From NCBI GenBank assembly GCA_016195665.1, contig JACPZD010000024.1, positions 23,997-87,996 on the forward strand: 64,000 bases of DNA. Direction: 5' to 3'. Below the pieces are notes generated by a model. That model made no database searches. It was not told where the DNA came from and saw only the letters and a list, made by a program, of their open reading frames with translations. The translations under genes and the position numbers were made by a program. The DNA is from Gammaproteobacteria bacterium (GTDB taxonomy: Bacteria; Pseudomonadota; Gammaproteobacteria; SURF-13). Each line of letters starts with the position of its first letter. The first letter of the stretch is position 1. Positions 10,357 through 20,959 of the stretch are shown in pieces.

Positions 10357-11062
10357 CGCGCTGCAATACTTGTGTATCCGCATAACTGGTCACCGGCCAC
10401 AGCAGCAGATACAGCGCCGCCAAGGCGAGCACCGCTGCGATCAGGCGCTGCGTGGCGATCTCCATGCCCCGCGGCCAGCGGCGCGCAAGCTCTATCGCCC
10501 ACACCGCGCTCATCCAGCCGAGCAGCGCCCCGCCCAGTACGTCGAGCGGCCAATGCACGCCCACCATGATGCGCGATAGCCCGACGGCGGCGGCGATGAG
10601 CAACAGGCCCGCCCCTAGCCATCCATTCTTAAAACCGAGTGCGACCACCCCCGCCCAGGCGAAGATAGTAGCCGTGTGGCCGGAGGGAAAGGCCGTGGCC
10701 TTGAGGGCGGGGCCGATGAGATGAAAGCTCTCGGGTGACAACACGGCCGGCGGACGTGCAACGCCGAACGCGAGTTTGAGGCCGACCACCAGCACGGTAC
10801 TGAGTAGACCGGCAATCATGGCTGCCCAGAGGATGTCCGGGCGCCGGCCCGCCAGCGGCAGCAGTAAGATCATGGCAATCCAGCCGTCACCCAGCATCGT
10901 CATGGCCGCCCACACAACATCGTCGGCGAACAGGCCCTGTTTATTAATCCACAGAAACAAGGTGCGATTGCTGCCGGTGATAACTATGGCCGCCATCGCG
11001 AGAACACCGGCGAGCGGCACCAGCCAGCGCCACGGGTTAGCAGGCCAAGCTGATGGACTCAT
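10286..11062 (-). CDS. PAP2-family phosphatase (canonical motifs)
   Basis: 258 aa; KLAFGVARPP, PSGHTA, SRIMVGVHWPLD are the three PAP2 motifs; 71-nt convergent overlap with the ArnT-like gene. Confidence 0.8.
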   Translation of the reverse strand: MSPSAWPANPWRWLVPLAGVLAMAAIVITGSNRTLFLWINKQGLFADDVVWAAMTMLGDGWIAMILLLPLAGRRPDILWAAMIAGLLSTVLVVGLKLAFGVARPPAVLSPESFHLIGPALKATAFPSGHTATIFAWAGVVALGFKNGWLGAGLLLIAAAVGLSRIMVGVHWPLDVLGGALLGWMSAVWAIELARRWPRGMEIATQRLIAAVLALAALYLLLWPVTSYADTQVLQRVIALSCLMLALPGLIRLFVTSHG

Positions 11063-11746
11063 GCCGGCTTTTCGTCCGCAAACACCAGACGTACTTGAGT
11101 CCCCTTGCCGCGGCTGCTGCGCAGATGGATGCGCCAGTTGTAGCGGTCGCAGATGCGCTTGACCAGGGGCAAGCCCATGCCTGCGCCGCCCGGGACGCCG
11201 GCGGTATTGCCGCCGCGAAAGTGGGGCTCGAATACATGCGGCAAGTCGGCGGAGGTAATCCCTACGCCCGTGTCTTCAATACTTATGCTGTCGGCGTCCA
11301 ATTGCACGTTCACCGCGCCGCACCCGCCGGGTGAGCGGATCGTACACCAGATCGGCCACCTGGATGATCGCCGAACCGGGAGTTGCCCCGCGCCGCGTCA
11401 GGGCCTGCAGGCGCGCCTCGATTTCCTGCAACGCAAAGGGTTTGACCACATAGTCATCCGCCCCGCTGTTAAATCCGGCGAGCTTTTCCGGCAAGGTGTC
11501 GCGGGCCGTCAGCATCAGCACCGGCGTATTCTTGCGTGCTTCTTGACGCAATTTTTGGCACAGGTCTACGCCGTCCATCCCCGGCAACATGAGATCGAGT
11601 ACAATGGCGTCGTAGTCGTTCACCACCGCCAGGTGCAGGCCGGTGATGCCATCTTCCGCTACGCTGACCATGTGCCCTTTGTCGCTGAAGAAATCCTGCA
11701 GGATGGACGTGATGCCCATATCGTCTTCTATAATCAGGATGCGCAT
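11059..11746 (-). pseudogene. deletion-fused remnant of a PmrA/BasR-type response regulator and PmrB/BasS-type histidine kinase
   Basis: 11276..11746 encodes an intact receiver domain and the first 20 residues or so of the OmpR winged helix (IQVADLVYDPLTRRVRRGERAI) then stops. 11059..11313, in another frame, encodes only the HATPase_c tail (VNVQLDADSISIEDTGVGI...GGAGMGLPLVKRI), closely PmrB-like. Junction around 11290..11313. Confidence 0.7.
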
Positions 11747-11761
11747 AGCCCCCCATCACCT

Positions 11762-11782
11762 GTAGGGCCGGATTCATTCGGC
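11762..11782. repeat. REP-like hairpin family A (GTAGGGCCGAATTCATTCGGCC), copy 1
   Basis: GGCCGRAT / ATTCGGCC inverted repeat; three copies, all between convergent or divergent gene ends (also 13956..13980, 14935..14956). Confidence 0.6.
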
Positions 11783-11826
11783 CAATTCAGTTCATAGTTC
11801 ACCACACAATCAAAGGTTCCGCAAAT

Positions 11827-13950
11827 ATGTCGCACAGCGAATTCACCAACCGCCTGAGCCGAGAAACCAGCCCCTATTTACTGCAACACGCCCACAACCC
11901 CGTGGACTGGTACCCGTGGGGCCCGGAGGCGCTGGAGCGGGCCCGACGCGAGGGCAAGCCGATCCTGCTTTCGATCGGCTATTCGGCCTGTCACTGGTGT
12001 CACGTCATGGCCCACGAATCGTTCGAAGACCCGGCCACCGCCCAGGTCATGAACGAATTGTTCGTCAACATCAAGGTGGACCGGGAGGAACGCCCCGACC
12101 TCGACAAGATCTACCAAACGGCCCACCAACTCCTCACCGGCCAGGGAGGCGGCTGGCCGCTCACCCTGGTGTTGACGCCGGAGGACCAAACGCCATTTTT
12201 CGCGGGCACCTACTTCCCCCGCACCCCCCGTTACGGCATGCCCGCCTTTACCGACCTGTTGCGACGCATCGAGGCCTTTTATCGCACGCGCGGAGGTGAG
12301 ATCAACCGGCAAAACGCGGCCCTGCTCAACGCCCTGCAAAGCGTCAATCCCGCACCTCTCACGGGCGATGTCACCCTCAACGGCGAGCCGCTGGAAATAG
12401 CGCGCCGCCAGTTGGAAAGCAGCTTCGACGCCCGCTACGGCGGCTTCGGCGGCGCGCCCAAGTTTCCCCATCCCCCACACATCGAACGGCTGCTGCGCCA
12501 TTGGTCACACAGCCGTACCGCCTCCAACGCCGATGGTCAGGCATTAGCGATGGCGAGCTTTACCCTGCAAGCGATGGCGAAGGGCGGCATCTACGATCAA
12601 CTGGGCGGCGGCTTCTGCCGCTACGCGGTGGACGAGCAGTGGATGATCCCGCACTTTGAAAAGATGCTCTACGACAACGGCCTGCTACTCGCGCTGTACG
12701 CGCAGGCCTGGGCGGCCACCAATGATCCCCTCTTTAAGCGCATCGCCCTGGAAACCGCGCAATGGGTAATGCGCGAGATGCAATCGCCCGAGGGCGGTTA
12801 TTACTCCAGCCTGGATGCCGACTCCGAGGGTCATGAAGGCAGGTTCTACGTATGGAGCCGGGAAGAAGAGCGCGCCCTGCTGGATGAGCAGGAGTACAGC
12901 GTCTTCGCCCGGCGCTTTGGACTTGACCGGCCTGCGAACTTTGAGAATCGCTGGCATCTGCATGTATTTGCTGATATCGCAGCAGTTTCCCATGAACTGA
13001 AGCTGAGCGAGACGGAGGTTATAAAAATTCTCGATGCCGCGCGCGCAAAATTACTCAAGGCGCGCGAACAGCGCGTGCATCCGGGACGAGATGAAAAGAT
13101 CCTCACCTCCTGGAACGCCCTGATGATTAAGGGCATGGCGGTAGCGGGCCGTCTACTCAACGAACCGGAATTACTCCACTCCGCGGAACGGTCGTTGCAC
13201 TTCATCAAAACCACACTATGGAGTGACGGCCGGCTGCTCGCCACCTACAAAGACGGCCGCGCGCATCTGATGGCCTATCTGGATGACTATGCCTATCTGC
13301 TTGACGCCGTCCTGGAACTGTTACAGGTGCGCTGGCGAACGGATGATTTGAACTTCGCCGTGCAACTGGCCGAGGTATTGCTGGAGCATTTTAAAGATAA
13401 ATCACAAGGAGGATTTTATTTCACCGCCGACGATCACGAACAACTCATCCACCGCCCCAAACCCCTCACGGACGACGCCACGCCCGCCGGCAACGGCATC
13501 GCCGCCTACGCCCTGAATCGCCTCGGCCATCTGCTGGGCGAGACCCGCTATCTCGACGCCGCCGAGCGCGCACTCAAGGCGGGCTGGGACGACATCACCC
13601 GTGCACCGTATGCCCATGACAGCATGCTGCTTGCCCTGGAAGAGATACTCACTCCGCCACAGATCATCATCCTGCGCGGCGAACCGGCCGACGACGCACA
13701 TGGAAGTGCTAGTGTCGCGGGAGGCAGGACGCCGGGAGCGACGATCCCGGAGTGGCAATCGTTCTGCGCATCGGGTTACGCCCCGCGCCGCCTGTGCTTC
13801 GCCATTCCCGCAAACGAACCCCACCTGCCCGGCGCGCTCGCCCTGCGCGCGCCCAAAGACCGGCCTGTCGCCTATGTCTGCGAGGGTAACGTTTGCAGTG
13901 CGCCGGTGACAGAGTTGGCCGAGCTTGGGCTGCGGCTGGGAGGATCATAG
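11827..13950 (+). CDS. thioredoxin-domain protein, YyaL/DUF255 family with C-terminal six-hairpin glycosidase-like domain
   Basis: 707 aa; N-terminus [47 protein letters not shown] is the family signature. Confidence 0.85.
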   Translation: MSHSEFTNRLSRETSPYLLQHAHNPVDWYPWGPEALERARREGKPILLSIGYSACHWCHVMAHESFEDPATAQVMNELFVNIKVDREERPDLDKIYQTAHQLLTGQGGGWPLTLVLTPEDQTPFFAGTYFPRTPRYGMPAFTDLLRRIEAFYRTRGGEINRQNAALLNALQSVNPAPLTGDVTLNGEPLEIARRQLESSFDARYGGFGGAPKFPHPPHIERLLRHWSHSRTASNADGQALAMASFTLQAMAKGGIYDQLGGGFCRYAVDEQWMIPHFEKMLYDNGLLLALYAQAWAATNDPLFKRIALETAQWVMREMQSPEGGYYSSLDADSEGHEGRFYVWSREEERALLDEQEYSVFARRFGLDRPANFENRWHLHVFADIAAVSHELKLSETEVIKILDAARAKLLKAREQRVHPGRDEKILTSWNALMIKGMAVAGRLLNEPELLHSAERSLHFIKTTLWSDGRLLATYKDGRAHLMAYLDDYAYLLDAVLELLQVRWRTDDLNFAVQLAEVLLEHFKDKSQGGFYFTADDHEQLIHRPKPLTDDATPAGNGIAAYALNRLGHLLGETRYLDAAERALKAGWDDITRAPYAHDSMLLALEEILTPPQIIILRGEPADDAHGSASVAGGRTPGATIPEWQSFCASGYAPRRLCFAIPANEPHLPGALALRAPKDRPVAYVCEGNVCSAPVTELAELGLRLGGS

Positions 13951-13955
13951 AAGTT

Positions 13956-13980
13956 GTAGGGCCGAATTCATTCGGCCTAC
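13956..13980. repeat. REP-like hairpin family A, copy 2
   Basis: GTAGGGCCGAATTCATTCGGCCTAC between the yyaL stop and the PfkB kinase stop (convergent). Confidence 0.6.
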
Positions 13981-13981
13981 T

Positions 13982-14914
13982 TTATAACGCGTAACCGAAA
14001 CTGTCCTTGAAGCGCGCCTCGAACTCGGCCTTTTCAAAGCGGTGATTTTGCGTGCCGTGCTGTTCGATCTTAATGGCGCCCATGAGCGCCGCGATGCGGC
14101 CGGTCGTGTCCCAATCCAGATCGTTCATCAAGCCGTACAAGAGACCAGCGCGGTAGGCGTCGCCGCAGCCGGTCGGATCGGCCAGGCGGCTGGGTTGGGC
14201 GACGGGGATGCCAAATGTTTTATCACCCGTGTAAATCGTTGAGCCTTTGGCGCCATGCGTCACAATCAGGGCTTGCATGGTGTGCATCAACTCGTCTATG
14301 GATTTGCCGGTGCGCTGCAGCACAAGTTGGAACTCATAGTCGTTGAAGGCCGCCCAGGTGGCCTGCTCCAAAAATTTCATCAGATCCGCTCCGTCGAACA
14401 TCGGCAGACCTTGACCGGGGTCAAAGACAAAAGGGATTCCCGTCTCGTGAAACTGCGCCGCGTGTTGAATCATTCCTTCGCGGCCATCCGGCGCGATGAT
14501 GCCGACCCTCACATCTTTTGCGTCCGTCACGCGGTTTTCATGGGCGTGGTTCATGGCGCCCGGATGAAATGCCGTGATCTGATTGTCGTCGAGGTCGGTG
14601 GTGATAAAGGCCTGCGCCGTAAAGGTGTCGGCGATCTCTTTGATGTGCTTCACGCCGACACCGCAGCGCAACAGCCATTCGCGGTAGGGCGTGAAGTCCT
14701 TTCCCACCGTGCCCATCGGCAACGCCTTGCCGCCCAACATGCTCAGATTGTAGGCGATGTTGCCCGCGCAGCCGCCGTACTCGCGGCGCAACTCCGGCAC
14801 CAGAAACGAAACGCTCAGGATATGCACCTGCTCCGGCAGGATGTGATTCTTGAAGCGGTCATGAAACACCATGATGGTGTCGTAGGCGAATGAACCGCAA
14901 ATGAGCGCTGCCAT
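13982..14914 (-). CDS. PfkB-family carbohydrate/nucleoside kinase
   Basis: Start taken at MAALICGSFAYD (the track ORF extends 20 codons further). GG and DTTGAGD-like motifs (PTGCGDAYRAG) typical of the ribokinase superfamily. Confidence 0.8.
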   Translation of the reverse strand: MAALICGSFAYDTIMVFHDRFKNHILPEQVHILSVSFLVPELRREYGGCAGNIAYNLSMLGGKALPMGTVGKDFTPYREWLLRCGVGVKHIKEIADTFTAQAFITTDLDDNQITAFHPGAMNHAHENRVTDAKDVRVGIIAPDGREGMIQHAAQFHETGIPFVFDPGQGLPMFDGADLMKFLEQATWAAFNDYEFQLVLQRTGKSIDELMHTMQALIVTHGAKGSTIYTGDKTFGIPVAQPSRLADPTGCGDAYRAGLLYGLMNDLDWDTTGRIAALMGAIKIEQHGTQNHRFEKAEFEARFKDSFGYAL

Positions 14915-14934
14915 GGAAATTCCTTCGGTCAGTG

Positions 14935-14956
14935 GTAGGGCCGAATTTATTCGGCC
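14935..14956. repeat. REP-like hairpin family A, copy 3
   Basis: GTAGGGCCGAATTTATTCGGCC between the kinase start and the dgkA stop. Confidence 0.6.
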
Positions 14957-14957
14957 T

Positions 14958-15332
14958 TCAATAAAACTTTTCAATGAAAATCACACCCCATATCACCAGG
15001 GCGTTGGTGAGCGTGAGCAACACCGCCGCCGAGGCCATGTCCTTGGCGCGGCCGGAAAGCGTGTGATGCTCGGTACCGATTCGATCTATCGCCGCCTCGA
15101 TGCTGGAGTTGATCACCTCCACGATCAGCACCAAAAACAGGCTGCCGAGCAGGAGGGCGCGTTCCATGGCGCCGCTTCCCAGCCATAAGGCGAGCGGGGC
15201 CATGATAAAAAACAGAATGATTTCGACACGAAACGCTGCCTCGTTGCGCCAAGTGGCGCGCAGTCCCGCAACGGAATAGTTAAAGGCCCGAACGAGGCGC
15301 TTGAATTCATTGGTTTGGTTGTGGTTGGCCAT
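14958..15332 (-). CDS. dgkA: diacylglycerol kinase
   Basis: Start at MANHNQTNEFKRLVRAFNYS...; three TM helices; ...SAIEAAIDRIG... DgkA signature. Confidence 0.85.
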   Translation of the reverse strand: MANHNQTNEFKRLVRAFNYSVAGLRATWRNEAAFRVEIILFFIMAPLALWLGSGAMERALLLGSLFLVLIVEVINSSIEAAIDRIGTEHHTLSGRAKDMASAAVLLTLTNALVIWGVIFIEKFY

Positions 15333-15449
15333 GGGCGGACACGAATAGCTCGGGCAAGATAACAGTAGTTTACGATTCAAGCAACATTACAGTTTAGTGA
15401 CAGTGCGGCTCACAAATTTATTTAGCTTAAGACTCTATTTCATTGAATT

Positions 15450-15472
15450 GTAACATCTCTGCTACAGACTAC
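15450..15472 (+). promoter_or_regulatory. weak Pho-box-like direct repeat (TTGTAAC-ATCT-CTGCTAC) upstream of the metallophosphoesterase gene
   Basis: Two CTG.A.C heptads with a 4-nt spacer, about 40 nt upstream of the ATG at 15505; resemblance to CTGTCAT-N4-CTGTCAT is only partial. Confidence 0.2.
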
Positions 15473-15504
15473 CGTAAGTTCGGGAGCGTCAAGAGGAGCT
15501 CGGT

Positions 15505-16317
15505 ATGACCAGCCCGCTGCACTTTAGAGCCATTTGGATATCCGATGTTCACCTCGGCATCCGCGCCTGCAAGGCGGAATTTCTTCTCGATTTTCTCAAG
15601 CAGACCCAATCCGATTATCTGTATCTGGTCGGCGACGTGATTGATCTCTGGAGCATGAAAACCTTTTGGTACTGGCCCAAACTGCACAATGACGTGGTGC
15701 AGACCATCCTGAACAAGGCCGCCAACGGCGCCAAGGTCATTTATGTCCCCGGTAACCATGATGAATTGTTTCGCGACTACGCGGGCCACACCTTTGGGAA
15801 GGTGCGCATCTGCACCGAGGCGGTACACAAAACGGCTGACGGGCGCAGGCTGCTGGTAATCCACGGCGATGAATTCGATAGTGTAGTGAAATATAGCAAG
15901 TGGCTCGCCAAGCTCGGCAGTGGGATGTACGAATTTCTATTGTTCGCCAACCGCGGCATCAACTTCTTCCGCCGCAAATTCGGTTTCCCTTATTGGTCGC
16001 TTGCCGCCTATCTGAAACATAAGGTGAAAAACGCCGTGAGCTATATCAGCAAGTTCGAAGAGGTCCTGGTGCACGAAGCCAGAAAACGCAAGCTGCACGG
16101 CGTTATTTGCGGGCATATCCATAAAGCGGCGATCGAAGACTTCGACGGCGTTCTGTATTGCAATGACGGCGACTGGGTGGAGAGCTGCACCGCGCTGGTG
16201 GAGCATCCCGACGGCGCCCTGGCGGTGATACGTTGGGCGGAAGAGAGTGTGTTTTTACTTAAGGAAGGAGAGTATGAAAATAGTTCTAGTCAGCGACGCC
16301 TGGTTTCCGCAGATTAA
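15505..16317 (+). CDS. calcineurin-like metallophosphoesterase, LpxH/PlcP-like
   Basis: 270 aa; ISDVHLG...YLVGDVIDLW...VPGNHDE...HGDEFD...GHIH metallophosphatase motifs in LpxH order. Confidence 0.75.
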   Translation: MTSPLHFRAIWISDVHLGIRACKAEFLLDFLKQTQSDYLYLVGDVIDLWSMKTFWYWPKLHNDVVQTILNKAANGAKVIYVPGNHDELFRDYAGHTFGKVRICTEAVHKTADGRRLLVIHGDEFDSVVKYSKWLAKLGSGMYEFLLFANRGINFFRRKFGFPYWSLAAYLKHKVKNAVSYISKFEEVLVHEARKRKLHGVICGHIHKAAIEDFDGVLYCNDGDWVESCTALVEHPDGALAVIRWAEESVFLLKEGEYENSSSQRRLVSAD

Positions 16318-17335
16318 CGGCGTCGTCACGACGCTCTTCAAAACCAAACAAGAGCTTGAAAAGCTCGGCCACCACGTCATCACTATCACGCCGGATCACT
16401 TCAAGACCATTCCCTGTCCAACTTACTCCGAAATCCGGCTTGCCATTGCCCCCTCTAAAAAGGTTCGCGAGTTATTAAAAACCTTCCAAGCGGATGCCGT
16501 ACACATCGCCACTGAAGGCCCGTTAGGTCTGGCGGCGCGCGCCTGGTGTCTAAAACAAAACTTTCCTTTTACCACTTCGTTTCACACCCGCTTTCCGGAA
16601 TATGTGAAGCTGCGTTTTCATATCCCGCTCGCGCTGACCTACGCCTTTCAGCGCTGGTTTCACGGCGCGGCCCAATACACCATGGTGGCGACCGAGGCGC
16701 TCAGACAAGAGTTGACGGAAAAGGGTTTTCCAAATCTGGTGATCTGGTCACGCGGCGTGGATACGGAATTATTCCGCCCACGCGAAAAAAAGTTACTGAC
16801 GTGTCCACGTCCGGTCTTTAGTTACCTTGGGCGCGTCGCGGTCGAAAAAAATATCGAGGCCTTTCTGAAACTCGATCTGCCCGGCACCAAGTACGTTATC
16901 GGCGATGGGCCGGACATGTCAAAGCTGATGCAGCGTTATCCCGAGGTCATTTTTGCCGGTTTCAAGACCGGCGAAGATCTCGCGCTGCACCTTGCGCAGG
17001 CCGATGTGTTCGTCTTTCCCAGTCGCACCGACACCTTCGGTCTGGTGGTGATCGAGGCGCTGGCTTGCGGCGTGCCAGTTGCCGCCTATCCCGTGCGCGG
17101 GCCGGCCGACATCATCGTCAGCGGTGAGTTCGGTTATCTGGATGAGGATTTACAAAACGCTGCGGTTAAGGCTCTGTCACTCGATCACGTAAGTTGCCGC
17201 GCAGCAGCCCTGAAGTACACCTGGGCGGCTTGTACGCAGCAATTTCTCAGCCATCTCAATCATACCCAGCAAGCGCAGGCCAAGGCACAGACCACTATGG
17301 TTGCCACACAAGATCCAACTCGCGTGCAGCCTTGA
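16274..17335 (+). CDS. glycosyltransferase family 4 (GT-B, retaining); overlaps the upstream gene by 44 nt
   Basis: [20 protein letters not shown]... N-terminus and C-terminal EX7E-like region ([22 protein letters not shown]) typical of GT4. Confidence 0.8.
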   Translation: MKIVLVSDAWFPQINGVVTTLFKTKQELEKLGHHVITITPDHFKTIPCPTYSEIRLAIAPSKKVRELLKTFQADAVHIATEGPLGLAARAWCLKQNFPFTTSFHTRFPEYVKLRFHIPLALTYAFQRWFHGAAQYTMVATEALRQELTEKGFPNLVIWSRGVDTELFRPREKKLLTCPRPVFSYLGRVAVEKNIEAFLKLDLPGTKYVIGDGPDMSKLMQRYPEVIFAGFKTGEDLALHLAQADVFVFPSRTDTFGLVVIEALACGVPVAAYPVRGPADIIVSGEFGYLDEDLQNAAVKALSLDHVSCRAAALKYTWAACTQQFLSHLNHTQQAQAKAQTTMVATQDPTRVQP

Positions 17336-18743
17336 CATCATCCAGACGGCGCACCGGTGTGGTGTAGGGCGCCCCTTTCACCTGCTCAGGTGTGGCATGC
17401 GCCTCAGCAAGTATCTTTTGCATCGCGGTAATAAATCCATCCAGCTCCTCCTTGCTCTCGGTCTCGGTGGGTTCGATCAGCAAACACTCCGGCACGAGCA
17501 ACGGGAAATACGTGGTGGGTGCGTGATAGCCGTAATCGAGCAAACGCTTCGCGACATCCATTGTGGACACACCGGTTTCATCCTTGAGTTTTTTCAGGGT
17601 GAGAATGAACTCGTGCGTCGCACGCCGGTTGGGATAGGCCGCCTGATAGCCGAGCCGGGTCAACTTCGCCATCAGGTAATTGGCGTTCAGCGTGGCGAAC
17701 TCGGCTACCCTGGGCATGCCTTCACGGCCCAGCAGCCGCGCGTACACATAGGCACGCAACAGCACGCCGGCGTTGCCCATGTGTGCCGATAAACGACCGA
17801 TGCTCTGCGGATAATCCTTTTCCGTGAGCCAGCGGTAAACACCTTCTTTTTCCTTGCCCACGATGGGGATGGGAAGAAACGGCAGCAAGCGATCATTCAC
17901 ACCCACCGGCCCCGCGCCCGGCCCACCGCCGCCGTGCGGCGTGGAGAAGGTCTTGTGCAGATTCATGTGGATTACGTCGAAGCCCATGTCGCCGGGCTTT
18001 ACCTTGCCGAGAATGGCGTTGAGATTGGCGCCGTCGTAGTAGAGCAGCCCACCCGCATCATGCACAATTTTTTGTACCTGTTGAATATCCTTTTCAAACA
18101 CGCCCAATGTCGAGGGGTTGGTGAGCATCAGGCCCGCCGTGTGCGACCCCACCGCGGCGCGCAATTGCTCAAGATCAATATCGCCATCGCCGTCGGTGGG
18201 AATCTCGCGCACCGTGTAGCCGCACATCGCGGCGGTGGCGGGGTTGGTGCCGTGCGCGGCATCGGGCGCCAGGATTTCGCTGCGCGCCGTGTCGCCGCGC
18301 GCATCGTGATAGGCGCGGATCATGGCCACCCCCGCGAATTCGCCCTGTGCTCCGGCCATCGGCGTAAGCGACACCGCCTTCATGCCCGTCACGTCCTTGA
18401 GCATTTCCTGCAACTCGTACATGCACGCCAAAAATCCCTGGCTGTAGCTTTCCGGTGCGCCCGGATGTCTCCCCGAAAAACCCGGCAACAGCGCGAGCTT
18501 GTTGCACGCACGCGGGTTGTACTTCATGGTGCAGGAGCCGAGCGGATAGAAGTGCGTGTCTATCGAGAAGTTCTTCTGCGACAACTTTGTATAATGCCGC
18601 ACGGCCTGCATCTCGGAGACTTCAGGTAACAAGGGGCGCCGCGCGCGGCGCAGATGTTGCGGAATGTCCGTCGCTTCCGGTTTGTCGAGCGGTGACTGCG
18701 AGGAATTAATGCGGCCCTGCTGCGAATGTTCAAAAATCAACAT
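17295..18743 (-). CDS. gcvPB: glycine dehydrogenase (decarboxylating) subunit 2
   Basis: Start at [10 protein letters not shown]; PLP-lysine region [16 protein letters not shown]. Confidence 0.9.
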   Translation of the reverse strand: MLIFEHSQQGRINSSQSPLDKPEATDIPQHLRRARRPLLPEVSEMQAVRHYTKLSQKNFSIDTHFYPLGSCTMKYNPRACNKLALLPGFSGRHPGAPESYSQGFLACMYELQEMLKDVTGMKAVSLTPMAGAQGEFAGVAMIRAYHDARGDTARSEILAPDAAHGTNPATAAMCGYTVREIPTDGDGDIDLEQLRAAVGSHTAGLMLTNPSTLGVFEKDIQQVQKIVHDAGGLLYYDGANLNAILGKVKPGDMGFDVIHMNLHKTFSTPHGGGGPGAGPVGVNDRLLPFLPIPIVGKEKEGVYRWLTEKDYPQSIGRLSAHMGNAGVLLRAYVYARLLGREGMPRVAEFATLNANYLMAKLTRLGYQAAYPNRRATHEFILTLKKLKDETGVSTMDVAKRLLDYGYHAPTTYFPLLVPECLLIEPTETESKEELDGFITAMQKILAEAHATPEQVKGAPYTTPVRRLDDVKAARELDLVWQP

Positions 18744-18855
18744 GTGCTTGACCCTGACGACGCCTATGCGTATTGTTGTGAATGGAGGTAACGTTTGTGG
18801 AAGCTCTGGCGCTCCCTGCACCACACGGAACCTCCGAATAAATCAGAGGTTCCTT

Positions 18856-19065
18856 ATGACTATGACCACAGACCGCATGGTGCTGGCGTTCGCCGGCAGT
18901 TTTATTCTTATCAGCCTGATCCTGTCTCAGCTTCACTCGCTTTACTGGCTTTGGTTTACCGCCTTCGTCGGCGCCAACCTGCTGCAAACCGCGTTCACCG
19001 GCTTCTGCCCCCTCAGCAAAATCCTGATTGCAATGGGCGCAAAACCCGGCCCAGGCTGCTTATAG
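18856..19065 (+). CDS. small inner-membrane protein, DUF2892 (YgaP C-terminal-like)
   Basis: 69 aa ([23 protein letters not shown]...[13 protein letters not shown]); AGAGG Shine-Dalgarno 6 nt upstream. Confidence 0.6.
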   Translation: MTMTTDRMVLAFAGSFILISLILSQLHSLYWLWFTAFVGANLLQTAFTGFCPLSKILIAMGAKPGPGCL

Positions 19066-19069
19066 GCGC

Positions 19070-19570
19070 TTACCGTAACGCCGCGATCGCCTTGTCGTAA
19101 TCCGGCTCCTGGGCGATCTCCGGGACGAGCTGGGTGTATTTCACCTTGTCGTTCTCGTCAATCACCACCACGGCGCGCGCCGTGATGCCGGCCAGCGGTC
19201 CGTCCTCGATCAGCACGCCGTAATCCTTGGCGAAATGGCGGTCGCGCATCATGGAAAGCGTGACGACATTTTTGGCGTTTTCCGAGGTGCAGAAACGGTT
19301 CATGGCGAACGGCAGGTCGGCGGAAATCATCAGCATCACCGTGTCGTTGCGATTCTTGGCGTACTCGTTGAATTTTTTGGTGCTCATGGCGCACACCGGC
19401 GTATCCAAACTGGGCACGATGTTGAGTAGCTTCTTCTTGCCGCGGAAATCGGCCAGTGTCTTATCGTCGAGGTTCGCGTCCGCCAGACTGAAGTCCGGCG
19501 CCTTGGCGCCGACCTTGGGAAGCTCACCGTTGGTGTGAATAGTTGTGCCTTTCAGAGTGATGGTTGCCAT
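19070..19570 (-). CDS. tpx: thiol peroxidase
   Basis: 166 aa; ...[16 protein letters not shown]... with the peroxidatic Cys motif. Confidence 0.9.
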   Translation of the reverse strand: MATITLKGTTIHTNGELPKVGAKAPDFSLADANLDDKTLADFRGKKKLLNIVPSLDTPVCAMSTKKFNEYAKNRNDTVMLMISADLPFAMNRFCTSENAKNVVTLSMMRDRHFAKDYGVLIEDGPLAGITARAVVVIDENDKVKYTQLVPEIAQEPDYDKAIAALR

Positions 19571-19597
19571 ACTCTCTCTCCTTAGTCTTCCCGTTTG

Positions 19598-20953
19598 TCA
19601 GTTGCTCATTATACGCCGCAGGTGTGCGGCATAGGTATCGAGATCTGCTGTGGTTTTCGTCTCGGTGGCGCAAACCAGGACCGCATCACCAAGCTCGGGG
19701 TAGTGCTCGTCCAGGGCGTGGCCGCCCAGCAGATTGTCCTTCTCTAACGCGTGCAGCACCTCGCGCACCGGTTTGTTCAAGCGCACCACGGCCTCATGAA
19801 ATACCGGCCGGCTGAATGCCCTGGTCATACCGGGAATGGCGGTGAGTTTTCCCAGCAGCGCAACCGTGTTGGCGTGGCTTGCGGCGGCGGCGCGCTCCAG
19901 ACCCTCCGGCCCCAATAAAGCCATGTGTATCGTTGCGGCGGTGACCAGCAGGCCCTGATTGGTGCAGATGTTGGAGGTCGCCTTGGAGCGGCGGATGTGC
20001 TGTTCGCGCGCCTGCAAGGTGAGCGCGAAGCCGGGCTTGCCATCGAGATCCACGGTGCGCCCGACGAGGCGCCCCGGCATCTGCCGCACATATTTTTTTT
20101 TGCAGCACATAAAACCGAAATAAGGGCCGCCGGATGAGAGCGGCACGCCCAGCGGCTGACCCTCCCCGCAGGCTATATCCGCACCCTCGGCGCCCCACTC
20201 GCCGGGCGGCTTGAGCAGCGCCAGCGCCAGCGGATTGACCACCGCAATCACCAGCAGCCCGTTGGCATGCGCCCAGTCTGTGAGTGCGTCCACCTCTTCC
20301 AGCACACCGAAAAAGTTGGGTTGGGGAATCACCAGCGCCGCGAAGTCTGCACCTTTGTATTGCTCCAGCGATTCCGGCACGGTGTGGCCTTCGCCCGCGC
20401 AGTACGGTATTTCGAGCAGCTCGATGTTCTGATTCCTGACGATGCTGTGCACGACCTTGCGATACACCGGATGAACCGTCGCGGGGATTAAGATGCGCCT
20501 CGATTTACCGTGCGCGCGCACCGCCATCAGCACCGCCTCGGCCAGCGCCGAGGCGCCGTCGTAGAGCGAGGCGTTGGAGACCTCCATAGCGTTGAGCGAC
20601 GCCATCATGGTCTGATATTCATACAACAATTGCAGCGTGCCCTGGCTGGCCTCGGCCTGGTAGGGGGTATACGCGGAGTAAAATTCACCGCGCGTGGTGA
20701 TCTCCCAAACCGCCGCAGGGATGTGGTGCTCATAAGCCCCCGCCCCGATGAAGCACAACGGCTTTCCGTCCTGCGCCGCCCGCTCGCTCATGAGCCGCGT
20801 GACGTCCATTTCACTTATGCGCGCCGGGATCTGCGTAAACTGCTCATTGCGCAGTCCGGCGGGGATTTCATCAAACAAATCCTCAATGCGCGAGGCCCCT
20901 ACGGCCGCGAGCATTTCTTCAATATCTTTTGTGGTGTGCGGGATAAACGGCAT
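19598..20953 (-). CDS. gcvPA: glycine dehydrogenase (decarboxylating) subunit 1
   Basis: 451 aa; ...[22 protein letters not shown]... subunit-1 signature. Confidence 0.9.
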   Translation of the reverse strand: MPFIPHTTKDIEEMLAAVGASRIEDLFDEIPAGLRNEQFTQIPARISEMDVTRLMSERAAQDGKPLCFIGAGAYEHHIPAAVWEITTRGEFYSAYTPYQAEASQGTLQLLYEYQTMMASLNAMEVSNASLYDGASALAEAVLMAVRAHGKSRRILIPATVHPVYRKVVHSIVRNQNIELLEIPYCAGEGHTVPESLEQYKGADFAALVIPQPNFFGVLEEVDALTDWAHANGLLVIAVVNPLALALLKPPGEWGAEGADIACGEGQPLGVPLSSGGPYFGFMCCKKKYVRQMPGRLVGRTVDLDGKPGFALTLQAREQHIRRSKATSNICTNQGLLVTAATIHMALLGPEGLERAAAASHANTVALLGKLTAIPGMTRAFSRPVFHEAVVRLNKPVREVLHALEKDNLLGGHALDEHYPELGDAVLVCATETKTTADLDTYAAHLRRIMSN

Positions 20954-20959
20954 GATTGC

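Noticed and set aside
11296-11373. Kinase-like reading (WCTIRSPGG) extending upstream of the HATPase fragment into the response-regulator frame
   Set aside because: This overlaps, in a different frame, a segment that reads as a textbook OmpR winged-helix N-terminus. The kinase-like resemblance there is short and probably fortuitous; the deletion junction is placed at about 11290..11313.
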